Assembly (NCBI RefSeq): GCF_036971445.1
Contig: NC_091477.1
Span: 96,782,001-96,846,000, forward strand
DNA length: 64,000 nucleotides
Source of the DNA: Narcine bancroftii
Taxonomy: Eukaryota
Direction of reading: 5' to 3'
A program made the position numbers and the translations under genes. How positions within the stretch are numbered: the first letter of the stretch is position 1; each line of letters begins with the position of its first letter. Positions 38,406-51,152 of the stretch are shown here, one piece after another. The notes under the pieces are model-generated. The model was not told the DNA's origin, made no database searches, and worked only from the letters and a program-made list of their open reading frames with translations.

Positions 38406-40199
38406 TATCCCTTACACCAGGATGCGTCTATTTTAAAACTGCACCCATGAGTCAAAAAGGCCTGTTACCAGGATGCGTCTAAATATAACTTTTTAAAAAC
38501 TGCATCTATATTCTAAATTTCTCTAACTTTATTGTTTTTTTTCTGGCATTTTCCCTTTGGCAATCTCGCTCAATGTATTAATAAAAAAGCCCCATTAAAA
38601 CTGTAAAACTATGCTCTTTTGATTGATAGCCCAAGAGAAAATAATTTTGACTACCTACCTTATCAATTCTTTTCATATACATATCTATTTAAAAAAAAAA
38701 ATCACATCACTCATCAGCCTTCATCCTTTTGGGGATATAATCTTGTGCAATGTCTTCCCATAACAGAAGTCTTCCAATCCAAGGAACACCCTCCTCCATA
38801 CTCTCAAGAAGGCAATCACATCAATAGTATGTAGAGTGGCATCAGAACCACAGTGTTATTTATGTCTCTTGGGTAACTTGGGAGGCTTCTTAAATAACTT
38901 AGCAGGACAAGATTCAAAGAAAAGAGATTTTACTTGCTGATGCCTTCCACCATCTCAGGAAACTGTTCACACACTCATATACATATGCCCCACGGTTTCA
39001 TAATCTTACACCTGTATATATATATATCCCATCAGTTCTCAGCCTCCTTCCTTCTGGGGATGTCAGCTTGTGCAATGTCTCAGGAAGGCAATCACATCAT
39101 AGTACGTAAAGTGGGATCCAGAACCCCAGTATACTAGAAGTAAAGTGGGAGGCAGTGGGTGGGTAAGAATTCTGAAATTAAAGTGAATCTCCCCCACCCC
39201 GTGTAATGGCCGAACGTACAATTTCTTCCTGAGAAATTGCTTCACTCGCTTAACACTGTAAAGGTTTGATTAAAAGTACTAAACATATTTGATCGCAAAG
39301 GGCATCTTTAATCAAACATTTAGCCTTGAAATGACGATATAAAACATGGTTAGAGTTTAGCAACATCAAATTTAAAAATTCCATCATCCAATTAAAGCTT
39401 GGCAACGAAATCACATGACCCAGTAGTATTATGACCTGATATTGTTACAATTCATTAAGATACTCAATTTAAAACCACACGAAGGATTTCAGATCTTGTT
39501 CAAGTGATAGTCTAAACACGAGGGAGTAGGTAATGTGGCATAGCAAACCTACGTGTGGCGCAGTTTTAACCCGTGCACTAATGCAAGCTAGCTTTTACTA
39601 TTGAATACTATATGGCATTCCGCTTTTCTGCATGCAGAATAGGTCTTCGTGATTTTTAAAAAATGTAACGGATTTACACGTGGGAGAGTTCGATACCGTG
39701 TTGAGGGAGGGGAAGATACCAGGGTGACCCTTGATCCGTGAAATATACCGGCATAAAATTGATTCAGACAAATGTCATCTTACAGTGGGATCTCCAAGAT
39801 TACCGCAGAGGCACAAATACACTTCTGTAAGTTATGTTTTATTGGTTTTCTCGAGAATAAACAGAAGACTCCTGTTCAACTTGACACCGGGGCGGCCCCC
39901 TTTAACCAACAAGTCAGGTGGGAGATGTCGAATTCACGAGTGGAAATGGTTAAAGTCGTGGAGTTGCTGAGTTCAGTAGACGTTCCCTTGTTCGTCTGCC
40001 ACCTTCGCTCGGATGAGCATGGATGCTGGAAATCCAAAGCTCACAGCTCTGCGACTCAACTTGTCCTCTCGTGTCCACACCGTATGGCTGCAGGTTATTT
40101 TGTGCAAGTATCTTTCGACCACATTTCGCCGTTTTTAAAAAAAAAAATTTTAATAAAGTAAATTATTTAAAAAGTCATTCTGTAAAATATCAAGGGGGG

Positions 40200-40680
40200 G
40201 TTGTTCCTTACCTGCGCCAAGCGGTTGTTCACAGATAGTCCCTCTTCTGAGTGATCTGAGGTTGGACGAGATGCAAGATCTCTCCCCGAAACCTCTTTGC
40301 CCCGACAGACCCATTGAATTCCTCCAGCAGTTTGCGACTTGCTCCAGATCCTCGCTTCTCGGCTCGCCCTGTTACCCTTTGAAGCGTGTGCACACGGCGG
40401 CCTGGGCTCCCGTGGCTGACGGGGCTCGTGCACGCGTGGCCGCGGACGGTCGCTGCTGAACTGCTTCTGGAGCCGAGGTACGTGGGGATGGGGAGCGATG
40501 AGAAGGGCTGCAAGCGGCCAGAGGATTCAGTATTAAAAGGGCGACGGTTCGGTCGCGTTTGAACTGCCTGCCCCGTCGCAGGAACGAATCGCTCGTATGA
40601 ACACAGGCCTACGCCAGGCCTTGTACTCAATCAACACGACAGGGAAGCTCGTAAATTGCGGGGAAAGCTCCGAATGTTGT
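40200..40680. promoter_or_regulatory. CpG island, probable MFN1 promoter (possibly bidirectional)
   Basis: CpG-rich, with palindromes GTGTGCACAC and CACGCGTG. Has a plus-strand donor GAG|gtacgt at 40477 and a minus-strand donor CAG|gtaagg at 40212. Confidence 0.7.
40420..40477 (+). other. MFN1: Putative non-coding first exon of MFN1 (5' end approximate)
   Basis: Ends at donor GAG|gtacgt in the CpG island. The ATG exon at 47711 starts with an acceptor, so an upstream exon is required. Confidence 0.55.
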
Positions 40681-40834
40681 TAGAAACGGAGAAGAGATTG
40701 ACATTAAATGTTGCATTGAGTTTTCCTGGAGTCTCATCAACTCCCGTTTAAAGATGCGAGGTGTATCTGCTGTGCAAGAGTTGTTTACTCTAATAACAGT
40801 GCCTACTGATTTAAAACTAGTTTGTCCTCGGTTT

Positions 40835-43115
40835 CAGAATCTGAACAAGTCATGAAATTCGTTGTTTTTCGACAGCATTCAAATAAACCACCTTACCAAA
40901 AGAAAAATAATTAAAGTGCACTTTAGTAAGGCAGTGTCTTTCAGGAACCTGATGTCAGTTGGGAAGAAGCTGCTGAGTGCTTGTCTATAGGCTCCTGTAC
41001 TTTTTTTTCCTGAGTGAAGAGGGCATGGTCTTGGTGGTGGGGGTCATCTGGTGTCCTGATACCGCAGGCTGAGTTAACAACCTTCTGGAGTTTTTTCTTG
41101 TGCTGAGTATAGGCACCTCCTTACCAGACTGTGATGCAACCAGCCAGAATTCTCTCCATGGTACATCAGTCGAAATTTTCAAGAGCCTTCGATGCCATCC
41201 TGAATCTCCTCCCAACACCTCACCAAGTAGAGATGCTGGTGAGCCTTCTTTGCGATTACATCAACATGGAGGCTCCGGAACAGATCGTCATAACCTCAGA
41301 ATCAGAATTTATTGTCATGAACGAGTCACAAAATTCAATAATTTGCGGCAAACATTCATATAAAGCATCTTACAAAAATGAATAAAAACAGTTTACTAAG
41401 AGTTGAAGTAAGGCAGTGTCTTTGGTTCATTGATCATTCAGCAATGTGACGGCAGCGGGGAAGAAACCGCTGAGTGCTTGTCTGCAGGCTCCTGTACCTT
41501 TTTCCCAATGGTAGCAGAGTGAAGAGGGTCCTTGAGGATAAAGGCTGCTTTCTTAAGACGTAACCTCTTGTCGATGTCCTTGATGGATTGAGGTCATGCC
41601 CGTGATGTCGCAGGCTGAGTTAACAACCTTCTGGAGTTTTTTATTCTTGTCCTGAGCATAGGCACCTCTGTGCAACCAGGCAGAATGCTCTCCACTTTAC
41701 ACCTGTTGAGAGTTGTCAAATCTCCTCAAACACCTCACAAAATATAGCAACTGATGAGCCTTCTTCATGATTGCATCGACATGGAGGCTCCAGGACAGAT
41801 CCTCGAAGATGTTGATACCCAGGAATTTGAAGTTCTTGACCCTCTTCCTTACTGAGCCTTTACTGAAGACTGGATTATATTCTCCTGATTTCCTCTTGAA
41901 GTCCACAATCATCTCCTTCATTTAGACTGCAAGGTTGTTGGTGTGACACCACTCAATGAGCTGATCTACCTCCCTCCTGTACACTTCCTCATGGCTGTTT
42001 GTGATTCTGCTGACAACCGTCAGCAAACTTGTAGATAGCATTAGAATTGTGCCTGGCCACACATTCGTAGGTGTATAGTGAGTAGAGCAGTGGGCTAAAC
42101 ACGCATCCTTAAGGTGTGCCTGTGTTAATAGTCAGTGAGGAGGAGATGTTGTTTCCAATTAATACTGACCATGGTCTTCTAATGAGGAAGTCAAGGATCC
42201 AGTGGCAGAAGGCCTTTAATATGCTTGCCTATATAAATCAGTGCATAGAATATAGGAGTTGGGAAGTAATGATGAAACTGTACAAGGCATTGGTGAGGCC
42301 AAATTTAGAGTACTGTGTGCAATTCTGGTCACCAATTTATAGGAAGGATATTAACAAGATAGAGAAGATTTACAAAAATGTTGACTGGGTTTCAGCATCT
42401 GGAATACAAGGAAAGATTGAGCAAATTAGGTCTTTATTCCTTGGAACGTAGAAGGGTGTGAGGGGATTTAATAGAGGTGTTTAAGATAATGAGAGGGATA
42501 GATAGATAGAGTTGATGTGGAAAAGCTTTTCCCATTGAGAGTAGGAGAGATGGATACAAGAGGTCATGGGTTGAGAGTTGACAGGCAAAGGTTTAGGAGT
42601 AACATGAGGGGGATCTTTACTCAGAGAGTGGTTACTGTGTGGAATGGGCTTCCGGGAAAGGTGGTGGAGGCAGGGTCAATTTTGTCATTTAAGAAAGAGT
42701 TGGATAAGTATATGGATGGAGGGATATGGGCAGAGTGCTGGTAAGTGGGATAGAGGAGGGTTCTTTGATCAGTGCGGACTAGAAGGGCCAAATTGGCCAG
42801 TTTCCGTGCTGTAATTGTTGTATGGTTAATAGGGTGCAGAGGCCCAGGGTTTGGAGCTTCTTGATCAGCACTGAGGAAGGAATAATGGTGTTGAAGGCTG
42901 AGCTGTAGTCAAAGAAGAACAGCCATATGTATGAGTTGCTGTTTGACGTGATCCAGAGCTGAGTGGAAAGTCAGTGACATTGCATCTGCTGAGGAGCGAT
43001 TGTGATGATAGGCGAATTGCAGTGGGTCCAGACCTTTGGTACGTGTTAATTCTGGCCATTGTGATCCTTCCAAAGTATTTCATCGTAGATGTTAGATCGA
43101 CTGGACGATAGTCAT
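40835..43115 (-). mobile_element. Two tandem Rex/Babar-like LINE copies; the longer one is split by a CR1
   Basis: KEMIVDF, FKFLGINIFEDLSW, DYRPVDLTST. The element sequence breaks at about 42205 and resumes at about 42830. Confidence 0.8.
42205..42830 (+). mobile_element. CR1 LINE 3' end nested in the Rex-like LINE
   Basis: LYKALVRPNLEYCVQFWSP, TRGHGLRV, FTQRVVTVWNGLP. Confidence 0.9.
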
Positions 43116-43526
43116 CTTGTACATGGGAGCACACAGCTTCACTAATTCCTTTCACATTTGTCATTTGTTCTAGGCTTTAAACTCAAATACACTGTTAGGA
43201 TGGGATATTGGCATTGATTTGCATGAAACTATCAAAGTTGTGAAAATTAATGTTCTCATTGCAAGTTTGGATACATTGAATCTATTGGTGGAATCTGATT
43301 TTGGTTGACATGGATAAATTAGTTCTTTCTACATACTGGTAAATGAGTGAATTTTCAATAGCTAGGTCGCTAATTATTATTTTAATGTACAGGATCATTT
43401 GTCACTGAGCATGTAAATTGTTTTTTTTCTCTCCACTATGATTGCAAACTGATAAATATTAATATTAAGTTCTGAATAAATACCCTGTGATAGAAAAAGA
43501 ATATGATGTTGGACATCATTTAATAC

Positions 43527-44890
43527 AGCGGTTCTCAACCTTTTTTGCCCTTGGCCCCACTTTAATTTTTCAAAAAAAGTATGCCCCACCATTAGCTGAA
43601 AAAAGTTATGTATTCAAAAGAAGTTTTAATTAAATCATTTACTGCAAGTGTATTTCAATGCAATTAAGGTCGGGAATACACTGGAACACATTTCATATTC
43701 AGCTACTTCTTCCATATGTCAACCATCTCAAACACACATTCAGCAATTGTCGTCACTTCACTGGTAACCTTGCCCCTGACGCTGGCTGCAGATTTTTTTG
43801 AATCTAGGGACTAATTTTGTTAGTTTCAACCTTAAATCTCCATGTTTTGTAATTTCCAGTTGGTTTTTCTTTGCTTGTAGCAAATCACTAATAGCACTGA
43901 AGCCACATTCTATTAAATAAGATGATGGAAAATGTTTCAATAGTAAAGTAGTCGAGTTTGGGTATTTCTTTTCAATCTCGTTTGAAAGCCACATCATGGT
44001 TCCTTTCACTTTGAACAGAGTTTTCACAGATTCATCATGTTGCTCTTCTTGGTATTGCACACTGGAACTTCAGATAAGTCCACCAGCAATGGCTGAGTTA
44101 ACTAAGAGGGAAAATTCATTTCCTTTAAATCACAAAATCTATCATTGAAGTCAATAACCAACATGTTCAAATGGCCAACAATGATGTTTGTAGCAGCATT
44201 AGTTACCTCACACTTATTCAACCAATAGAATTGACTGAAATTTCTTGCAGAAATATACCTTTGGAATAATTTTAAAAGTGCCATGAATCCAAATATCTTT
44301 GTGTTTGCATCAACGAGCATCATATTTGCTACTTGGAGTTGCTTGTTCAATGTACTTAGATTCTCAAAAATATCCATCAAGTAACTCATAAGCTTTGTCA
44401 TCTGTTGTTAGCAAGATCTTCATTTCAGATTTGTCCTTCAAAAAATTGCTGAGGAGATCAAACAGTTCCATAAACCTTTTGAAGTAGTTTCCCTTTGACA
44501 ACCACCTTACTTCAGTGTGAAGCAATAATCTCACATTCTTCATTTTTTATCATTTGGAATCTTCGTCGTCAATGAAATATTTGGAATGAATGATAATAAG
44601 ACCGGTCAGAAAAAATATCATTATAATATTAACCAAGGATAACAACAAGAAACATCAGAAAAGCAAAAACATTATGAAAATAAAAAGGTCAAAGAGATTT
44701 TACTTGGAAGTTACCACAATTGTGTTGGACTGACAGTATTGCCAAGCCGCATCTTTCACACCAACATACAAGTTTACTTTTTCAAACCAACTTTTTAATT
44801 ATTTCCCAAAATATTCCTACACCCCATTAAAATATTCTTAAGCCCCACACCCCACCAAAATGTTCCCACACCCCCACCTTGAGAATCTAA
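43527..44890 (-). mobile_element. hAT (Charlie/Buster-like) transposon, internally deleted
   Basis: Terminus cagcggttctcaacc with a degenerate partner ttgagaatc. Peptides LLHTEVRWLSKG, YLMDIFENLSTLNKQLQ, FPSSYLIECGFS (hAT dimerisation domain). Confidence 0.88.
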
Positions 44891-45629
44891 GATTTAGCAG
44901 TTACATTTGTGATCGAAGCAACAGAACAACAGTTTAAAAGAGGCTGATATTTTTCATATACTTGGACTGAACCTTGGACTGAACCTCCAAACTTGAAAAA
45001 TTGGGTTGCAAGAAGGAAGCACTGTAATGTGGTAGTATTGAAAAGGTATCTAAATATGTGTTGAATTCTCTGAAGGGATAGTAATAATATTTTGGTGTCG
45101 ACCAAATCACTATTGTTTCATTTCAGTTAGTGCTTTCAGTTTTGATTTCTGTTCCTCCAGGATTGTAACAAATCAAGATGTTATTTAACTGCTAGTTTCC
45201 AAAATGAGTTTTACCTACATTTCTATTTTCTTTACCAGAGTTTCTTTCCTTCGGGCTCCAACATGCCATCTTCCTCTTCACCTTTAACAAAAGTTCAGTT
45301 CTTGCTTTTATGGTTACCAAAAATGGATCAATATCTTTGTTTTCAAATTCACTTAAGATCTCATTCATTATCATATTACATAAATATTTATTCAATATTT
45401 TTGTCATGCCTTTTCTTCCTGTTGGTAGTACCTTCTGATTGGAATTCCTTTCTGACTTGTGTTGTGTTTGTCATGTTTCCCCCTTGCCATCTCTTTTCAC
45501 TTCATGTTTTCTACTTTGCTTTTTCTGCTGATTTGAGGCCCATCACTTTTATTTCATCACTTTTAATTGCTTCATACTGCTGTTCCCTAAATGAGCTTAG
45601 GAAACATTTTAATTCATAACTTCTCAATT

Positions 45630-47530
45630 AGAAACAGACATGGAAACAGACCCTTGCCTACATTGACCAAATGCCCATCCAAACTAGTCCCACTTCTCTA
45701 TATTTAGCCCATATACCTCTCTACCTATCCTATCCATATACCCGTTTAATTGTTTCTCAATAGTACTTGCCTCGAGTGCCTCCTCTGGCAAAGTTCCATA
45801 CACCCACCACCCTTTGTTTTTTTATATATATATAAAGCCTTCAGGTTCCTATTAAATTTCTTTCCCCCACCCCTCATCTTAAACTATGCTCTCTGATACT
45901 CTTTTTCCCTTATTCTGGACCTCATGATTTTGAGCACCTCTGAGATCATCTATCATCTTTCTATGCTCCAAGAATTAAACCCCTAGCCTACTTAACCTCT
46001 CCTGATGGCTAAGCCCCACGAGTCCGGGCAACATTATTGTAAATATTCTCGGGACCCTCTTCAGTTTCATAATGTATTTCCTACAGTGCGGTGACCAAAA
46101 CTGAGCACAATATGCCAAAAGCCTTTTTGCCCACACCATCTGTGATGCCACTTTAAGGAACTGAATAATTACAATGCTAAAATACTGTGGAACTTGAAAA
46201 TCTGTAATATAGAAAAAGCTGGAAATAGTCACTGGGCCATGCAACAACTGTGGAGGGAGAAATAAGAATTAACATATCAAAGACTTGAAATCATTATTCT
46301 GTTCCTCTTCTTAGCTACTAACTCATCCACTGAGTGTTACAATTTTAATTGTTTTTAATTAAGATAATGTTTCTATAGCATTAGAAAATGTGAAACTGTT
46401 TTCCTTTGTCAAATAATTTAAATCCAGTTGTCATTTTTTAATTGAGATGTCAGTATTGGCCATTCCTTCTTCTAATGTCCTGAACCCTGGAATTTTGTCC
46501 CCCCAACATTTGCCTATATTTTCTCTTTCTCATCTTGGAACCAAGAACCATACAACATTACTCGGCAGAATAATAGTTTGGCAGACCATAGGCCCTTCTA
46601 GTCTGCTGAATTATTATTCTGCCTTGTCCCACTGGCCTTCACCCAATCCATTACCCTCCCACGCATATGGCTGTCCAAATTTTTCTCAAATGTTAAAATT
46701 GTGACTACATTCACCACTTCAGCAGGCAGCTCATTCCACACTCCCACTACTCTCTGTGAAGAAGTTTCCCCCTAATGTTTCCCCTTTTACCCTTAACCCA
46801 TGTCCTCTGGTTTGTATCTTACCTAACCTCAGTGGAAAAAGCTGACTTGCATTAACTCTGTCTACACCTCTCATAATTTTAAATTTCTCTATCAAATCGC
46901 TCATTCTTGTACCCTTCAGGGAATAAAGCCCTAATCTGTTTAACCTTTCACTGTAACTCAGTTCTTAAAGTCCAGACTACATCCTAGTAAATCTTCTCTG
47001 CACTCTTTCAATCTTATAGATAACTTTTCTCTAGTTAGGTGACCAGAACTGCACACAATATTCTAAATTTGGCCTCACCAATGTCTTGTACAACTTTACC
47101 ATAACATCCTAACTCCTATATTCAGAACTTTGATCTATGAAGGCCAGTATGCCAAAAAGCTTTCTTTACGACCCTAGCCACCTAACTGTAATGCCATTTT
47201 CGTGGATTTATGAATCTGTATTCCCAGATCCCTCTATTCTACCACACTCCTCATTGCCCTACCATTTACCATGTATGTCCTACCTTTGCTTGTCCTTCCA
47301 AAATACAACACCTCACACACATCTGCATTAAACTCCATCTGCCATTTTTCAAACTATTTTTTCCAGCTGGTCTCAATCCCTCTGCAAGCTTTGAAAGCCT
47401 TCCTTGCTGTCCACAACGCTTCCAATTTTAGTGACATCTGCAAACTTACTGATCCAATTTACCACATTATTATCCAGATCACTGACATGGATGACAAACA
47501 ACAATGGACCCAGCACTGATCCCTGAGGCA
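45630..47530 (-). mobile_element. CR1 LINE fragments (45630-46160 and 46540-47530)
   Basis: YCAQFWSPHCRK. The reverse strand of 47440-47530 gives the PQGSVLGPLLF...KFADVTK RT motif. Confidence 0.8.
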
Positions 47531-47717
47531 CCTTCTTTAAGACCCTCCAGAATTAACTTTCTTTTGGGTTTCATTTTTTTTCTTGTGGCATGCTGTCAAA
47601 TTTTATTCTGTAATGCTCTTTCCAAACATTTTGGGATATCTTGCACTAAATGAAAATTATTGTTGGGTTAGAATTACTTTATTTCACCTACTAATGACTT
47701 TTTTTAATAGTTTAATC

Positions 47718-47832
47718 ATGGCAGACTCGAGTTCATCTCCACTGAAGCACTTTGTGCAGGCTAAGAAGAAGATTAATACCATCTTTGAACAATTATTGGA
47801 ATATGTTAATGAAGGGGCAAGGTTTATTGAAG
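47718..47832 (+). CDS. MFN1: Mitofusin-1, first coding exon (exon begins 47711)
   Basis: ttttaatag|tttaatcATG, donor GAAG|gtaagt. Translates [38 protein letters not shown]. Has the mitofusin SPLKHFV motif without the N-terminal extension of MFN2. Confidence 0.93.
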
Positions 47833-47889
47833 GTAAGTGATGATTTTATGATTTAATAGATTTAATAATTGTCAACACATAGATCAATA

Positions 47890-48125
47890 TAGGTAGCATA
47901 ATGATTAGTGCAAAGCTGTTACAGCACCAGCGATCGGAACTGGGGTTCAAATCCCACATTGTTTGTAAGGAATTTGTTGTTTCTCCCCCATGCCTGCATA
48001 GGTTTTCCTCAGGGCCTCCAGTTTCCTCCCACCCTTCAAAAAATGTACTGAGGAATGTTGGTCAATTGGTATGATTTGGCCTCATGGGTTGAAAGGGTCT
48101 ATTACTGTGCTGTATATCTTTTTTA
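47890..48125 (+). mobile_element. V-SINE/HE1-like SINE
   Basis: B-box-like ggggttcaaatccc followed by a V-domain-like core. Confidence 0.7.
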
Positions 48126-48190
48126 AAAAGTAATAGATGTTGAATTATACATTTTAATTGTAGACATACAGCACAACAGGCCTTTCCAGC

Positions 48191-48530
48191 ATGAACCCAT
48201 GCCACTTAAATGCCCCAATTAACCTACAATTCCCTTACATTTCCCTATCCCTAACCCTAACCCTGAACATGAACCCTTGCCACTTAAATGCCCCAATTAA
48301 CCTACAAAACTCCCTTACATTTCCCTAACCCTGAACCCATGCCACTTAAATGCCCCAATTAACCTACACTCCCTTACATTTCCCTAACCCTAACCCTGAA
48401 CCCATGCCACTTAAATGCCCCAATTAACCTACAACTCCCTTACATTTCCCTAACCCTAACCCTGAACCCATGCCACTTAAATGCCCCAATTAACCTACAA
48501 CTCCCTTACATTTCCCTAACCCTAACCCTA
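48191..48530. repeat. About 65-bp tandem repeat x5 containing CCCTAA units, inside a minus-strand SINE (48160-48620)
   Basis: Unit tgaacccatgccacttaaatgccccaattaacctacaactcccttacatttccctaaccctaaccc. Confidence 0.9.
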
Positions 48531-48930
48531 GGTGCCAGAGAACCTTACAGACAGCGCTGGATTTGAACCTGGGTTGCTGGTGGTGTCTAACTGCTGCATT
48601 AACGTGCTGCCCAAAGCCAAGTTGCTTGTGATTTGTACAAGTCAACAGTAGATAGTAAATACATTTGTATAATGTGCTTTTCCTGACTGTGGTCACACTA
48701 GAGCTGATGGTAGACTGTACACTGTACCAGCATACTCGGATTCTCTTGATCCCACTATGAACTTGTAAAACATGATTGTGCTCAACATTGAACTTGATGA
48801 ACAGAAAGTTCTGGGCGCTGATTTCATTCCCTTAACTGGCATTTGTCTCAGGCTAAAACAGGCTATTTGCAAACAGTGTAAACTTGTACTGTTTGACCAT
48901 CTTTTTAAAATATCTTTCCATCCCCGAGAT

Positions 48931-51152
48931 CAGTGGTTCCCAACCTTTTTTATGCCCCGCACCCCTAAACAATTTTTAATATGTTCTCGCACCCCTTAAA
49001 GTAATAATTTATTTAAGGTGAAGGTGACCAAAACTAATTTGTATAATCAATTTTTAATAATATATAAACAAAAATGAAACATATGGAAAAGAAAAAATAT
49101 TACAACAAATTAAAAGTTGCATAACACCTACAAAAAAATTAAATTTTCATCCATGCATGAAATTTCTTTAAAAAAAATTAAAGAACGAATGTTCAAATGT
49201 TCATCAGCCAATTTAAATTTAATGACTCTTTTGTTCCTGTTTATTGCTCGAGTTTTTCAAAACGTGGCACTTTGTTGCTGATAGCCCGTGGACCCAAGTG
49301 ATTTCTAGATTTTGTCTTGATTGACAAAAGGGCACCAAATTCAGACTCGCATAAGTATGTCGTCGCGAATGGGATGAGCACAGTTAGTGCTTTTTCACAA
49401 AGTCTTGGAAGCCTGTCCATTGCCGAACACCAATATTGTTCCAAAGTTTTGCTTTCAAACTGCATTTCAAGAACACGATTTGTGCGCAGTTCAATAAGAT
49501 CTTCCTTCAGCTCTTCATCATCCGACATATTATCCAAATTGAAGGAGTATGGATTTATATTAAAAAAAATGGAATGCTATCTCGCACCCCCTGGAATGCT
49601 ATCTCGCACCCCCTGGAATGCTATCTCGCACCCCCTGGAATGCTATCTCGCACCCCCTGGAATGCTATCTCGCACCCCCTGGAATGCTATCTCGCACCCC
49701 CTGCAATGCTATCTCGCACCCCCTGCAATGCTATCTCGCACCCCCTGCAATGCTATCTCGCACCCCCTGCAATGCTATCTCGCACCCCCTGCAATGCTAT
49801 CTCGCACCCCCTGCAATGCTATCTCGCACCCCCTGCAATGCTATCTCGCACCCCCTGCAATGCTATCTCGCACCCCCTGCAATGCTATCTCGCACCCCCT
49901 GCAATGCTATCTCGCACCCCCTGCAATGCTATCTCGCACCCCCTGCAATGCTATCTCGCACCCCCTGCAATGCTATCTCGCACCCCCTGCAATGCTATCT
50001 CGCACCCCCTGCAATGCTATCTCGCACCCCCTGCAATGCTATCTCGCACCCCCTGCAATGCTATCTCGCACCCCCTGCAATGCTATCTCGCACCCCCTGC
50101 AATGCTATCTCGCACCCCCTGCAATGCTATCTCGCACCCCCTGCAATGCTATCTCGCACCCCCTGCAATGCTATCTCGCACCCCCTGCAATGCTATCTCG
50201 CACCCCCTGCAATGCTATCTCGCACCCCCTGCAATGCTATCTCGCACCCCCTGCAATGCTATCTCGCACCCCCTGCAATGCTATCTCGCACCCCCTGCAA
50301 TGCTATCTCGCACCCCCTGCAATGCTATCTCGCACCCCCTGCAATGCTATCTCGCACCCCCTGCAATGCTATCTCGCACCCCCTGCAATGCTATCTCGCA
50401 CCCCCTGCAATGCTATCTCGCACCCCCTGCAATGCTATCTCGCACCCCCTGCAATGCTATCTCGCACCCCCTGCAATGCTATCTCGCACCCCCTGCAATG
50501 CTATCTCGCACCCCCTGCAATGCTATCTCGCACCCCCTGCAATGCTATCTCGCACCCCCTGCAATGCTATCTCGCACCCCCTGCAATGCTATCTCGCACC
50601 CCCTGCAATGCTATCTCGCACCCCCTGCAATGCTATCTCGCACCCCCTGCAATGCTATCTCGCACCCCCTGCAATGCTATCTCGCACCCCCTGCAATGCT
50701 ATCTCGCACCCCCTGCAATGCTATCTCGCACCCCCTGCAATGCTATCTCGCACCCCCTGCAATGCTATCTCGCACCCCCTGCAATGCTATCTCGCACCCC
50801 CTGCAATGCTATCTCGCACCCCCTGCAATGCTATCTCGCACCCCCTGCAATGCTATCTCGCACCCCCTGCAATGCTATCTCGCACCCCCTGCAATGCTAT
50901 CTCGCACCCCCTGCAATGCTATCTCGCACCCCCTGCAATGCTATCTCGCACCCCCTGCAATGCTATCTCGCACCCCCTGCAATGCTATCTCGCACCCCCT
51001 GCAATGCTATCTCGCACCCCCTGCAATGCTATCTCGCACCCCCTGCAATGCTATCTCGCACCCCCTGCAATGCTATCTCGCACCCCCTGCAATGCTATCT
51101 CGCACCCCCTGCAATGCTATCTCGCACCCCCTAAGGTGTGCGAGCACCCCTG
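48931..51152 (-). mobile_element. hAT (Charlie-like) deleted element carrying a minisatellite
   Basis: Left terminus cagtggttcccaacc. Transposase C-terminus LIPFATTYLCESEFGAL..IKTKSRN at 49241-49560. 8-bp TSD cccgagat (48923-48930) and ccctagat (51153-51160). Confidence 0.88.
49571..51132. repeat. 22-bp minisatellite, 71 copies
   Basis: Unit G(C/G)AATGCTATCTCGCACCCCCT. The first 6 copies start GGAATG and the rest GCAATG. 1562 bp / 22 = 71. Confidence 0.98.

Noticed and set aside
43758-44540. Domesticated ZBED/SCAND3-like gene
   Set aside because: Fragmented by stops and frameshifts, N-terminus missing, and still bounded by transposon termini.
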